From Fastidiosibacter lacustris (GTDB lineage: Bacteria > Pseudomonadota > Gammaproteobacteria > Francisellales > Francisellaceae): a stretch of DNA of 32,000 nucleotides. Location: positions 17,917 through 49,916 of the forward strand of contig NZ_QLIR01000013.1 of NCBI RefSeq assembly GCF_003428155.1, read 5' to 3'. Made by a program: the position numbers and the translations under genes. Under the pieces are notes generated by a model, which worked only from the letters and a program-made list of their open reading frames with translations, had not been told where the DNA came from and did no database searches. Below, piece after piece: positions 24,233-32,000 of the stretch. The stretch's first letter is position 1; each line of letters opens with the position of its first letter.

Positions 24233-24811
24233 TTACAACTCAACTCGACTGTCTTCTAATACTTGACGTTTATCGTCACTGACCTGCCAATAAATAAAGT
24301 TTTCATCAAGCTTATTTTTAAACATGTTGACAACAATGCTGGCAATCATTGATTTTTTATGTGCATTGTATTTTTCAATACTGTCGTTAAAGGCTTGTTT
24401 TGAGAAGGCAAGCTTATTTTCAGTAGAGGTAATTTCCTCTTGCAATTGCATTACGTTTTGGTTTGCCTTTAAGTCTGGGTAGTTTTCAAATTGAACGTTT
24501 AGGCTACCAGCAATTCTTGAGATTTCATTTTCGGCAGCCATTCGAGTTTGAATATCGCCTTGTGCTTTAGCTTGATTAGATTGATTACGAAGTGCAGTAA
24601 CATCTTTTAACGTTGTTTGCTCATAATTCATGTATTTTCTGACAACGTTGATGAGCGAGTCAAACACTTTGCCACGGCGATCAAGTTGGACATCGATTTG
24701 GCGTTCAGAGTTTTTCACTGCTTCAATTTCGGCGATGAGGCTGTTATAAGTCATTAAAACATAACCAAATATAACGGCTAAGATGACAATGATAATGATC
24801 ATGGCAACCAT
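24233..24811 (-). CDS. lemA: LemA family membrane protein
   Basis: 192 aa with an N-terminal TM helix, then YNSLI...V.N..RQIDVQL.RR..V...L...V..Y..YE..TL..VT..R, the LemA pattern. Confidence 0.85.
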   Translation of the reverse strand: MVAMIIIIVILAVIFGYVLMTYNSLIAEIEAVKNSERQIDVQLDRRGKVFDSLINVVRKYMNYEQTTLKDVTALRNQSNQAKAQGDIQTRMAAENEISRIAGSLNVQFENYPDLKANQNVMQLQEEITSTENKLAFSKQAFNDSIEKYNAHKKSMIASIVVNMFKNKLDENFIYWQVSDDKRQVLEDSRVEL

Positions 24812-24898
24812 GATGTAAGCTCCTATAAAAATATGATTGTTGTATATACCGATTCTAAACCTTTTACAACTTTTATGCTAAATCAGAAAAGGTGTAAA

Positions 24899-24910
24899 GT
24901 GTTTCATAAT
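24899..24910 (+). repeat. Direct repeat GTGTTTCATAAT, copy 1
   Basis: An exact 12-mer recurs at 24974-24985 within the lemA / esterase-hemC divergent intergenic region. CATAAT hexamers also occur at 24935-24940 and 24967-24972. Confidence 0.5.
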
Positions 24911-24973
24911 AGGGATGAATTATTCCCAAACAATCATAATTTGCCATTTATGCTGCTGGCATTCAAGCATAAT

Positions 24974-24985
24974 GTGTTTCATAAT
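24974..24985 (+). repeat. Direct repeat GTGTTTCATAAT, copy 2
   Basis: An exact copy of 24899-24910, ending 38 nt upstream of the esterase ATG. Confidence 0.5.
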
Positions 24986-25023
24986 GTGCTCTATTTTAGA
25001 AATAAGCTATTTGAGATATTACT

Positions 25024-25707
25024 ATGCTTAATTCCATTGTGATAGAGCCTCAGAGTTCAGTAACTCATGTTGTGATTTGGTTACATGGTTTGGGGGCAGA
25101 CGGGCATGATTTTGAGGCTGTTGTGCCAGAATTGAATTTGCCAACCTCTACCAATATTCGCTTTATTTTTCCACATGCCCCTGTTTTACCTATTACGATC
25201 AATATGGGTATGCAGATGCGTGCATGGTATGATATTAAGCAGATAGATGATATCAAACGAGACGTTGATATAAAAGGAATAGAAACGTCGTTGGTGCGTA
25301 TTGAGTCAATTGTTAAGGAACAAATCGATCAAGGCATAACCGTAGAAAATATCATGTTGGCGGGCTTCTCACAAGGAGGAGTCATTGCTGCACTTGTGGC
25401 TTTAACCTCACCTTATTGTTTTACTGGTGTGATACTTTTGTCCACTTACTTACCAGATTGGGACTATTTTAAAACCAAAATTATAAAGAAAAATCAGAAA
25501 ATGCCTTTCTTCATTGGTCATGGTGTGCAAGATCCGATTGTGCCATTTGCTGCGGGTGAGCTTGTAAATACAATATTAACAGAAGGAGGTTTTACCACGA
25601 ATTTTCACCGCTATCAAATGGAGCATAGTGTTTGTTTACAGGAGATTAATGACATCAGTGAATTTATCAAGAAACGGTTTAGGTTAATAAATGGTAGCGC
25701 GTACTAA
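25024..25707 (+). CDS. Phospholipase/carboxylesterase family alpha/beta hydrolase (EstB/acyl-protein-thioesterase-like)
   Basis: 227 aa with VIWLHGLGADGHDF, nucleophile elbow GFSQGG, GHGVQDPIVP (Asp) and MEHSV (His). It overlaps the hemC start by 17 nt. Confidence 0.85.
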   Translation: MLNSIVIEPQSSVTHVVIWLHGLGADGHDFEAVVPELNLPTSTNIRFIFPHAPVLPITINMGMQMRAWYDIKQIDDIKRDVDIKGIETSLVRIESIVKEQIDQGITVENIMLAGFSQGGVIAALVALTSPYCFTGVILLSTYLPDWDYFKTKIIKKNQKMPFFIGHGVQDPIVPFAAGELVNTILTEGGFTTNFHRYQMEHSVCLQEINDISEFIKKRFRLINGSAY

Positions 25708-26611
25708 AATTACCATTGCCTCACGTGATAGTCAACTTGCAATTTGGCAGACACATTACGTAAAAGACCTGCTGAAAAAGGCGTATCCACACTTGGTATG
25801 TGACATTGTCACAATGAAAACCCAAGGCGATAAGATACTGGATCGACCGTTAAATGAGATAGGTGGTAAAGCCCTTTTTATGAAAGAGTTGGAAATTGCG
25901 ATTGAACAAGGTAAGGCAGATATTGCTGTTCACTCTTTAAAAGATGTGCCATATGAGTTACCTAAAGGTTTTGCTTTAGGTGCATTCTGTGGACGTGAGA
26001 ATCCGCAAGATGCTTTAGTATCAAATCACTATCAGCACTTGGACGCACTTCCACAAAAAGCAGTTGTTGGAACATCGAGTTTACGTCGTAAGGCACAACT
26101 GTTAGCATATCGTCCTGATTTAGATATTCGTGATTTGCGTGGCAATGTCCAAACTCGACTTAGGAAACTGGATGAAGGTCACTATGATGCAATTGTTTTA
26201 GCCGCAGCAGGGCTGATTCGCTTAGGCTTAGATGATCGAGTAAAACAGCTTATTCCAGTAGATACCTTGCTACCAGCAGTCGGTCAAGGAATTTTGGTCG
26301 TTGAGTATTTGCAACAAGATGACGAACTAAAAACACTTTTAACTGCAATTAATCATCAACCCAGTCAAATAATGGCCGAAGCAGAACGTAGCTTTAATAT
26401 GCGTTTACAAGGTGGTTGCCATGTACCAATTGCAGCATTTTGTCAGTTATTAGATACAACAAGACTGAAATTAATGGCAATGGTGGCTAACAGTGGTGGT
26501 ACAAGAGTCTTAAAACATTGCATAATAGGCCACGATCCTATAGCGCTTGGTATTGAATTGGCAGAGAAAATGATTGAATTGGGCGCTAAAAAAATATTGC
26601 TTAGTGATTGA
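25691..26611 (+). CDS. hemC: Hydroxymethylbilane synthase (porphobilinogen deaminase)
   Basis: 306 aa. IASRDSQLAIWQTHYV, GGKALFMKELE, DIAVHSLKDVP, GTSSLRRKAQL, LRGNVQTRL.KL, LPAVGQG and GGCHVPIA are collinear with E. coli HemC. Confidence 0.95.
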   Translation: MVARTKITIASRDSQLAIWQTHYVKDLLKKAYPHLVCDIVTMKTQGDKILDRPLNEIGGKALFMKELEIAIEQGKADIAVHSLKDVPYELPKGFALGAFCGRENPQDALVSNHYQHLDALPQKAVVGTSSLRRKAQLLAYRPDLDIRDLRGNVQTRLRKLDEGHYDAIVLAAAGLIRLGLDDRVKQLIPVDTLLPAVGQGILVVEYLQQDDELKTLLTAINHQPSQIMAEAERSFNMRLQGGCHVPIAAFCQLLDTTRLKLMAMVANSGGTRVLKHCIIGHDPIALGIELAEKMIELGAKKILLSD

Positions 26612-26652
26612 TTTAATTTTAAATCTAGATACTATTTGGTCAAATTTATTTG

Positions 26653-27228
26653 TCATTTTAAGAATATCAACTTTTCGATGAAACGTAAGAAGCTAAAAAA
26701 ACTTTCTTGAAAAGGACGCCTTAAATAGTTGGTATAAGGCTTGGTAACTAAGATTGGGAAACTACCTGCTAAAATGCACGCAAGACAACCAGTTAATAGC
26801 CTATCATCGACAAGGGCAAGCTCACGAGGTTTGCAGTTTACCAGTTGTTGAATTTTAATAAGACCATCAGGATAGGGTTTTTTTGCAACATCATTGATAA
26901 AACGGATATTCGGGAAATTATTTGCAAAATATTCTGCTCGTTCAAGAGTTGGTTTATTTGAGAGGATAAAGACGTTTTTTTGACTATATTTTTGGGATAA
27001 AACTTTTAACCAATCAAAAATATGTTCATCTGGCAAAGGTTGTCCATGCGGAGCAAGAACGCCATCAAAATCAAGAGCTATATATTTAATGCCAAGCACT
27101 TTGAGCTTATTTGGGTTAAGTTGAGTCACTTGATCGATTTGGTGTTTATTCTGGCAAATGGCTTTTATTTTCTTTCGTTGTGAGATACTGTTTTTGATTG
27201 TAAAACTAAATCTTCCCATTATCATCAT
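26653..27228 (-). CDS. HAD-superfamily subfamily IIIA phosphatase (YqeG/GEP4-like)
   Basis: 191 aa with DFDGVL (DxDx motif), ILSNKP, KKPYP and LVDDRLLTG, a YqeG-type layout. ATGA overlap with the rsmI stop. Confidence 0.65.
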   Translation of the reverse strand: MMIMGRFSFTIKNSISQRKKIKAICQNKHQIDQVTQLNPNKLKVLGIKYIALDFDGVLAPHGQPLPDEHIFDWLKVLSQKYSQKNVFILSNKPTLERAEYFANNFPNIRFINDVAKKPYPDGLIKIQQLVNCKPRELALVDDRLLTGCLACILAGSFPILVTKPYTNYLRRPFQESFFSFLRFIEKLIFLK

Positions 27229-28106
27229 CCATTTGTTGTATGCGTAATGCTTTGTGTTTCCTGAATGGTAAGTGCCTTTTTATACAGTGCATTTTTCTTA
27301 CCAGCAGTGAGCTCAACTGCAATCGCAACTGCCTTTTTAATTGGCAATTCCGCTAATAGTAGATGAAGCAACTTATCCTCATCAATTGTTGTTTGTGCTG
27401 TTTCAATAACACTTTGTCCTTCTATCAGTACCACAAATTCTCCTTTTACCAAATATGGGTCGGTTTGAAACTGTTGTAATATCTCGTGTGCCTTGCCACT
27501 TGAAAAGCGTTCAAATTGTTTGGTAAGCTCTTTTGCAATTACAATATTGTGCATAGGTAACACTGCCGCAATATCCTCTAGCGTTCCAACAATACGATGC
27601 GTGGACTCATAAAAAACGGTTGTGATTGTTGTCTGCTGTAGTGTTTTTAAGACACTTTTACGAGTACTACTTTTGGCAGGTAAAAAACCTTTGAATTGAA
27701 AACTATCTGTTGCTAAGCCTGCTACACAAAGAGCGGTGATTAATGCACTTACACCTGGAATAGGCGTGACTTTATAGCCACAAGCCTTGAGCTCTTTTAT
27801 CAGGGTAAACCCAGGATCACTAATAAGAGGCGTGCCAGCATCACTTACAAGCAAGGTGATTTTGCCTAAATCCAAGTAGTGCATGAGTTGTTCTATACGC
27901 TTACTTTCATTATGCTCATGACAGGAAATTAAGGTCGGTGGCGTAATCCCATATTGCTCAAGTAGCTTTCGTGTCACACGTGTATCTTCAGCAAAGATGA
28001 CTTCTGCTGCTTTGAGCGTTTCCAATGCACGCAAAGTAATATCTTGTAAGTTACCAATTGGTGTGGCAACGACGTAAAGTACACCGCATTCAATTTGATT
28101 TTTCAT
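27225..28106 (-). CDS. rsmI: 16S rRNA (cytidine1402-2'-O)-methyltransferase
   Basis: 293 aa with LYVVATPIGNLQDITLRALETLK....IFAEDTR and SDAGTPLISDPG, the tetrapyrrole-methylase-fold RsmI motifs. ATGA overlap with the murC stop. Confidence 0.9.
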   Translation of the reverse strand: MKNQIECGVLYVVATPIGNLQDITLRALETLKAAEVIFAEDTRVTRKLLEQYGITPPTLISCHEHNESKRIEQLMHYLDLGKITLLVSDAGTPLISDPGFTLIKELKACGYKVTPIPGVSALITALCVAGLATDSFQFKGFLPAKSSTRKSVLKTLQQTTITTVFYESTHRIVGTLEDIAAVLPMHNIVIAKELTKQFERFSSGKAHEILQQFQTDPYLVKGEFVVLIEGQSVIETAQTTIDEDKLLHLLLAELPIKKAVAIAVELTAGKKNALYKKALTIQETQSITHTTNG

Positions 28107-29497
28107 ATTAAATGCTCAATTAATTTAGCAATGTCACCAGCACCTTGCACCAGTATAACATCATTTTCTGTTATGAGTTGGTCAAGCTTAACTTTTGCTT
28201 CCTCAATGCTTTCAACGTAAAAGCATTGTTTATGCTTCTTGCAAAGGGCATTAAATAAATCATGCGCTCCAGCACCTTCAATAGTAGCTTCACTTGCCGC
28301 ATAGGTGCTCATCAAGATAACAATATCTGCTGTAGCTAAGCAGTCAATAAAATCATCAAATAAATCACGAGTACGAGTGTAGCGATGTGGTTGATATACA
28401 TGAACTAATCGTCTGTTAGGAAAACGTTTCTCAATAGCTTCAAGTGTGCTATTAATCTCAACTGGATGATGTCCATAATCATCAATAATATCGACTTGTT
28501 TATGGTTTAAAGTGTGTTCATAATGGTCAAAACGACGATAGATGCCTGTAAAACTTGTAAGTGCTTTTTTTATGATTCCAAGGCTAATATTAAGCTTTAA
28601 GCATAGAGCAATCGCTGCAAGTGCATTTTCAACATTGTGTTTCCCTGGAAGTCGTAAACGAAAATCTTGAATCAATTGACCTTGATAACAGATATCAAAA
28701 ATGGTTTGTTGGTTAAGTTGCCGATAATTTAAAGCATAAATATCCATGTTTGGATTAAAGCCATAATGGCGCACTTGCGGCTTTATAAATGAGATTTTGT
28801 TGATTAGACGCTTAGCATTTTCAGTATCGCTACCTATAAGGATCTCACCACTTATGGTGTCACGTGTCGCAAATTGTGCAAAGCTATTGATGAGTTCATC
28901 TATTTTATGATCATAGGTTTGCATGTGATCTAAATCAACATTACTGATAATCAAATGTTTGACATTGAGTTTAAGAAATGAAGCATCACTCTCATCTGCT
29001 TCTATGGTTACAAAGGGTGAATTGCTAGCGTACGCATGATATTTAAGATTATGAGCAATACCACCAATAAGATAACTTGGATTTAATTCAGCTTCCGACA
29101 TAATATGAGCAATTAAACTCGTGATTGTTGTTTTACCATGTGTTCCAGTGATAGCGATAATTTCTGAGTAGTTCTTTATTAGAAACGCTAAAAATTCAGC
29201 ACGATGATAAACTTTCATCCCTTTGGCAATTGCCTGTTGATATTCGGGATTATCTTTTGTCATTGCAGATGTATAAATAACTGCATCTGCATGAATAAGG
29301 TGATCAGCGTGATGCTCGATATGAATTTTTGCCCCTAATTGAATGAGCTTTTCTGTAATCTCTGAGGACTGAACATCTGAACCAGATACGCTATAACCTT
29401 TTTGTAAGCAAAAAATTGCCAAAGCCGACATACCAATGCCGCCAATGCCAATGAAATGGTAATGTGGTTTTATATGGGAGGTATTTATAATATTCAT
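28103..29497 (-). CDS. murC: UDP-N-acetylmuramate--L-alanine ligase
   Basis: HFIGIGGIGMSALA, GTHGKTTITS, EADESDASFL, DDYGHHP, QPHRYTRTRDL and LVQGAGDI are collinear with E. coli MurC rather than Mpl. I prefer the ATG at 29497 (MNIINTSH) over the track TTG at 29509. Confidence 0.9.
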   Translation of the reverse strand: MNIINTSHIKPHYHFIGIGGIGMSALAIFCLQKGYSVSGSDVQSSEITEKLIQLGAKIHIEHHADHLIHADAVIYTSAMTKDNPEYQQAIAKGMKVYHRAEFLAFLIKNYSEIIAITGTHGKTTITSLIAHIMSEAELNPSYLIGGIAHNLKYHAYASNSPFVTIEADESDASFLKLNVKHLIISNVDLDHMQTYDHKIDELINSFAQFATRDTISGEILIGSDTENAKRLINKISFIKPQVRHYGFNPNMDIYALNYRQLNQQTIFDICYQGQLIQDFRLRLPGKHNVENALAAIALCLKLNISLGIIKKALTSFTGIYRRFDHYEHTLNHKQVDIIDDYGHHPVEINSTLEAIEKRFPNRRLVHVYQPHRYTRTRDLFDDFIDCLATADIVILMSTYAASEATIEGAGAHDLFNALCKKHKQCFYVESIEEAKVKLDQLITENDVILVQGAGDIAKLIEHLI

Positions 29498-29571
29498 GAT
29501 CGTAGTCAATATTTAAAATTGACGACTATCTTAATATAAGTTTGATTAAAAAGATTGGGGAGATTTGGCGT

Positions 29572-30825
29572 TTATGATTGAATCTTGTTTTGATAGCGTT
29601 GTGCAAATAACACTGGTAGTAAAAAGCTAAAGATAAAGCCAGGACCAATATCTAATATCCAAGAGTTAACTAAACAACCAACCGCAAAAGCAATAATAAA
29701 TATGCGAGTGTTATTTCGCATCATAATTGGTAAATCTTTAGCGTAGTAAAATGCTGCTATTAACAACCAAACAAAAAGGGCTAATGCCCAAATGCCAGAT
29801 TGTATTGCAAAGTATATATATTGATTATGTGGGTTATTAATGACTTGATAGTATTTTTTATCTTCTTGTGAGATTTCAGAATTAATAAAGTGCATACTAC
29901 ATTGAGTTTGTTCGCCTGTTCCACATCCATAGAAAATACGCTGAGGTTTATGTTCAAAAATACCCAAGGCAGTGTGGTAAAAACCTAGACGGATTCCTGC
30001 TGATGTTTCAGTCTCAGTTCCATTGTAATAGTTGATTGTGCTGTTATAAGCTTCAGTAACACGCATTTTGAAGCTAGGTGAGAAATGGTAAAAAGCGATA
30101 AAAATACTAGGGACAATAACAATAGCAGCAAGTACTCCTTTCCAGCGAAACTTCATTAAAAAACCTATAGCAAGAACTGAGAATTCAATTAAATATCCAG
30201 TTCGACTTGTGTTAAGTCCAAGCTCCGCACAAATAATAATAACGCCAAGAATTATAAAAAAGATACGTTTCTTTTTATTTTGACAGGTCAAAGCCATTGA
30301 AAATAGCATAAAGGCGGCAACAGCAAAAATAAATCCTGTGACAAAGTGTGATTGTGCAGCAGGGAACGTGGCTCCACTAAAAACAATCGCATTTTCAGGA
30401 TTTAAAAAGTAATAGTTTATAAAGATAGCAACGACATTAAAAACAACACCGATAAAAAATGCTAATAGCAACTTATTGATTATCTGAGGGTTCTTATAAC
30501 AAACATAAGCCACTACCCAAACAATCAGTAATTTATAGAACTTCCCAACCCATGTTAACGCTTCAGTAAAAGGGATACTGGAATAAAAGCAGCTTATAAA
30601 GGCAAGCAAAATAAAAGTAAGTGAAGGCCAAATATAAAAACGTTTAATGAGTTTTAATTTTGAATTATAATCGCCACTTAAACTAAATGTAAGCAATAAA
30701 GCTACTGCAAATACACTGGTTAAAGCCGTGGATATGGAGATTGATATACCTAAAAAAAAGACCAAGGTAAAGTAAATTTTATCCGTTAGATTAGTGCGTG
30801 TAATCGTGTTACTATTAACTCGCAA
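29572..30825 (-). CDS. O-antigen ligase/Wzy_C-family polytopic membrane protein
   Basis: 417 aa with about 11-12 TM helices and one larger loop (SAGIRLGFYHTALGIFEHKP...GCGTG...HNQYIYFAIQSG), the R...H...H-N-x-Y pattern of WaaL/O-antigen-polymerase-like proteins. TTG start preceded by AAGGAATAAATC. Confidence 0.7.
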   Translation of the reverse strand: MRVNSNTITRTNLTDKIYFTLVFFLGISISISTALTSVFAVALLLTFSLSGDYNSKLKLIKRFYIWPSLTFILLAFISCFYSSIPFTEALTWVGKFYKLLIVWVVAYVCYKNPQIINKLLLAFFIGVVFNVVAIFINYYFLNPENAIVFSGATFPAAQSHFVTGFIFAVAAFMLFSMALTCQNKKKRIFFIILGVIIICAELGLNTSRTGYLIEFSVLAIGFLMKFRWKGVLAAIVIVPSIFIAFYHFSPSFKMRVTEAYNSTINYYNGTETETSAGIRLGFYHTALGIFEHKPQRIFYGCGTGEQTQCSMHFINSEISQEDKKYYQVINNPHNQYIYFAIQSGIWALALFVWLLIAAFYYAKDLPIMMRNNTRIFIIAFAVGCLVNSWILDIGPGFIFSFLLPVLFAQRYQNKIQS

Positions 30826-30919
30826 GATTTATTCCTTGTTTGGCATAAAAACATAGGGGATTATATACTTAGAAAGCGTTATAATTACAGCCAAAACTCA
30901 CACAAATTTAATTTAGTAT

Positions 30920-31791
30920 ATGTTTTCTATTATCATCACAAGCTTTAACAGATTAGATTTGCTTAAACGTTCACTACATAGCGCATTACAACAAACATAT
31001 AATGAACCATATGAAATTATTATTGTTGATGATGCGTCAAATGAAGCATATGAGGATTATATTTAGTGCTTGATAGATAGGAGAATTCACTATATCCGCT
31101 ATTTAACTAACCAAGGTGTTTCTGCAGCAAGAAATACTGGTATAAAAGCTGCTAAAGGTGAGTATATTGCCTTTTTGGACGATGATGAATTACGTTCTTC
31201 GTATCTTAGCGAATGTGATTTGTATTTGCAAAAACATAGAAATCTTGATTTTTTATGGTGTGGAAAACAAAATAAACTCTATAAAGATGGTAATTTGTAT
31301 AAGATAGAGCAGTTTATTTATAAGTTACCCGAGAAACTTGGGTAATACGACGTCCCAATGCTTAATTATTGGTCGAATAACTTGGGGTTTATGGTTAAAA
31401 AAAGCTTATTTGAGCAGATTGGCTACTAGATATAGAGATGACTATAGCAGAAGATATTGACCTTTTACTTAGAATGCTCGGCGTTGGGGCTCAATATGCT
31501 CCAATAGAGAAAATTTTGATAGATGTATATATTGACACATCAATAGTGAGCTTGAGTAGGCAGTTTAGTGCCACAAAGGGAGTATTTAGTTATCAAAAGA
31601 TACTCACTAAAAACGCATCTTTTCTGAGGGAGAGTCGTCTTGCGTGGGAGCATTATGCTAAGTCACTTTTGTTTGCTTATTATCGGTTAAAGAATAAAAG
31701 TGCTGCGCGAACATTGTTTTGGCAAATGCTGTGTAGAAATCCTAGTATGCTTAAGTTAATACCACGTGTTTTGTGCTACGAGTTAAAGTGA
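30920..31791 (+). pseudogene. Family 2 glycosyltransferase pseudogene (two in-frame nonsense codons plus one frameshift)
   Basis: From ATG 30920 it reads MFSIIITSFNRLDLLKRSLHSALQQTYNEPYEIIIVDDASNEAYEDYI, then TAG at 31064-31066. The same frame continues ..RIHYIRYLTNQGVSAARNTGIKAAKGEYIAFLDDDE.., then TAA at 31343-31345. It continues again ..NLGFMVKKSLFEQIGY, then TAG. The rest (..AEDIDLLLRML.., 31414-31791) is in another frame. Confidence 0.85.
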
Positions 31792-31914
31792 TGACAGTAA
31801 ATTTTTATAATGTATGATCCTAAGTTTTAACACCAGTGAACAAGGAGATAAGTTTTTATAAATAAATTTTAATTGTATTAGTCTAGATATAATCTGACAT
31901 TCATCTTGACTTAG

Positions 31915-31975
31915 ATGAGGTTGCCTGTTTTGATAAACGTGAAACAAAATAAATCAAAAACAGGAGCAACCTCAT
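31915..31975 (+). promoter_or_regulatory. Long imperfect inverted repeat whose 3' arm contains the SD and ATG of the last, partial ORF
   Basis: The left arm ATGAGGTTGCCTGTTTTGAT (31915-31934) pairs with ATCAAAAACAGGAGCAACCTCAT (31953-31975). The outer 9 bp are perfect, and about 19 bp pair in total with 3 single-base bulges. The loop is 18 nt. The AGGAG (31962-31966) and ATG (31973-31975) are inside the stem. Confidence 0.5.
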
Positions 31976-32000
31976 GTTGGATACTAATAATAAATTCATC
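31973..32000 (+). CDS. Start of an unidentified ORF running off the right edge (MLDTNNKFI...)
   Basis: The ATG is preceded by AGGAG at a 6-nt spacing. Only 9 codons are visible, so the product is unknown. Confidence 0.3.

Noticed and set aside
24833-25256. ORF 24833-25042(+) in the lemA/esterase intergenic region, and ORF 25065-25256(-)
   Set aside because: The first has no RBS, odd composition, and runs into the esterase start, so the region is better explained as regulatory DNA. The second is antisense to the esterase.
9983-31345. Whether the in-frame TAA/TAG codons in the IS1 and GT2 genes signal stop-codon reassignment or programmed read-through
   Set aside because: TAA, TAG and TGA all end conserved proteins at the expected C-termini in this window. 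gltA, uvrB and ftsK end in TAA, yafQ and traG in TAG, and murC, rsmI and the dehydratase in TGA. The affected genes also carry a truncation or a frameshift. Ordinary pseudogenisation is the simpler explanation.
1-32000. Scan for CRISPR arrays, tRNA/rRNA/tmRNA genes and reverse-transcriptase/retron-like elements
   Set aside because: I saw no regularly spaced repeats, no cloverleaf-compatible segments in the intergenic regions, and no RT-like ORF. A by-eye scan cannot exclude small ncRNAs.

Overview
AT-rich gammaproteobacterial-type chromosomal window; the ftsK-lolA adjacency and the uvrB, gltA, hemC, rsmI, murC, lpxC and pilB sequences support this, but I cannot name the genus. Most of it is housekeeping DNA, and I found no rRNA, tRNA or CRISPR array. 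Four regions go beyond ordinary core genes. (1) 533-5267, minus strand: a five-gene lipid tailoring and export block (hot-dog dehydratase, family-2 glycosyltransferase, LpxL/HtrB-like acyltransferase, 4HBT thioesterase, LolA-like carrier). Its order copies the ApeI-J-K-L part of aryl-polyene, xanthomonadin and flexirubin clusters, but no synthase, ACP or MMPL exporter genes are present. The block is packed directly behind a stand-alone trpF and an unknown tail-anchored protein, and is followed by a permuted papain-like (YiiX-type) gene. (2) 16412-20560: a decayed conjugative-element remnant. It holds a 5'-truncated but otherwise open 856-codon F-type traG homologue, a convergent small two-TM membrane protein (positional entry-exclusion candidate), a dinJ-yafQ toxin-antitoxin pair with a perfect operator palindrome over its promoter, and about 430 bp of non-coding debris. 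(3) 22121-23162: a small ParB/Srx-fold protein translationally coupled to an Sfp-type phosphopantetheinyl transferase, next to a coupled lemA-M48 protease pair. (4) Decay signatures: an IS1-family relic and a GT2 pseudogene, both killed mainly by in-frame nonsense codons. lpxC and murC also lie outside any dcw-type context. All functional calls rest on my reading of the translated ORFs and recalled family motifs. No database search was run.
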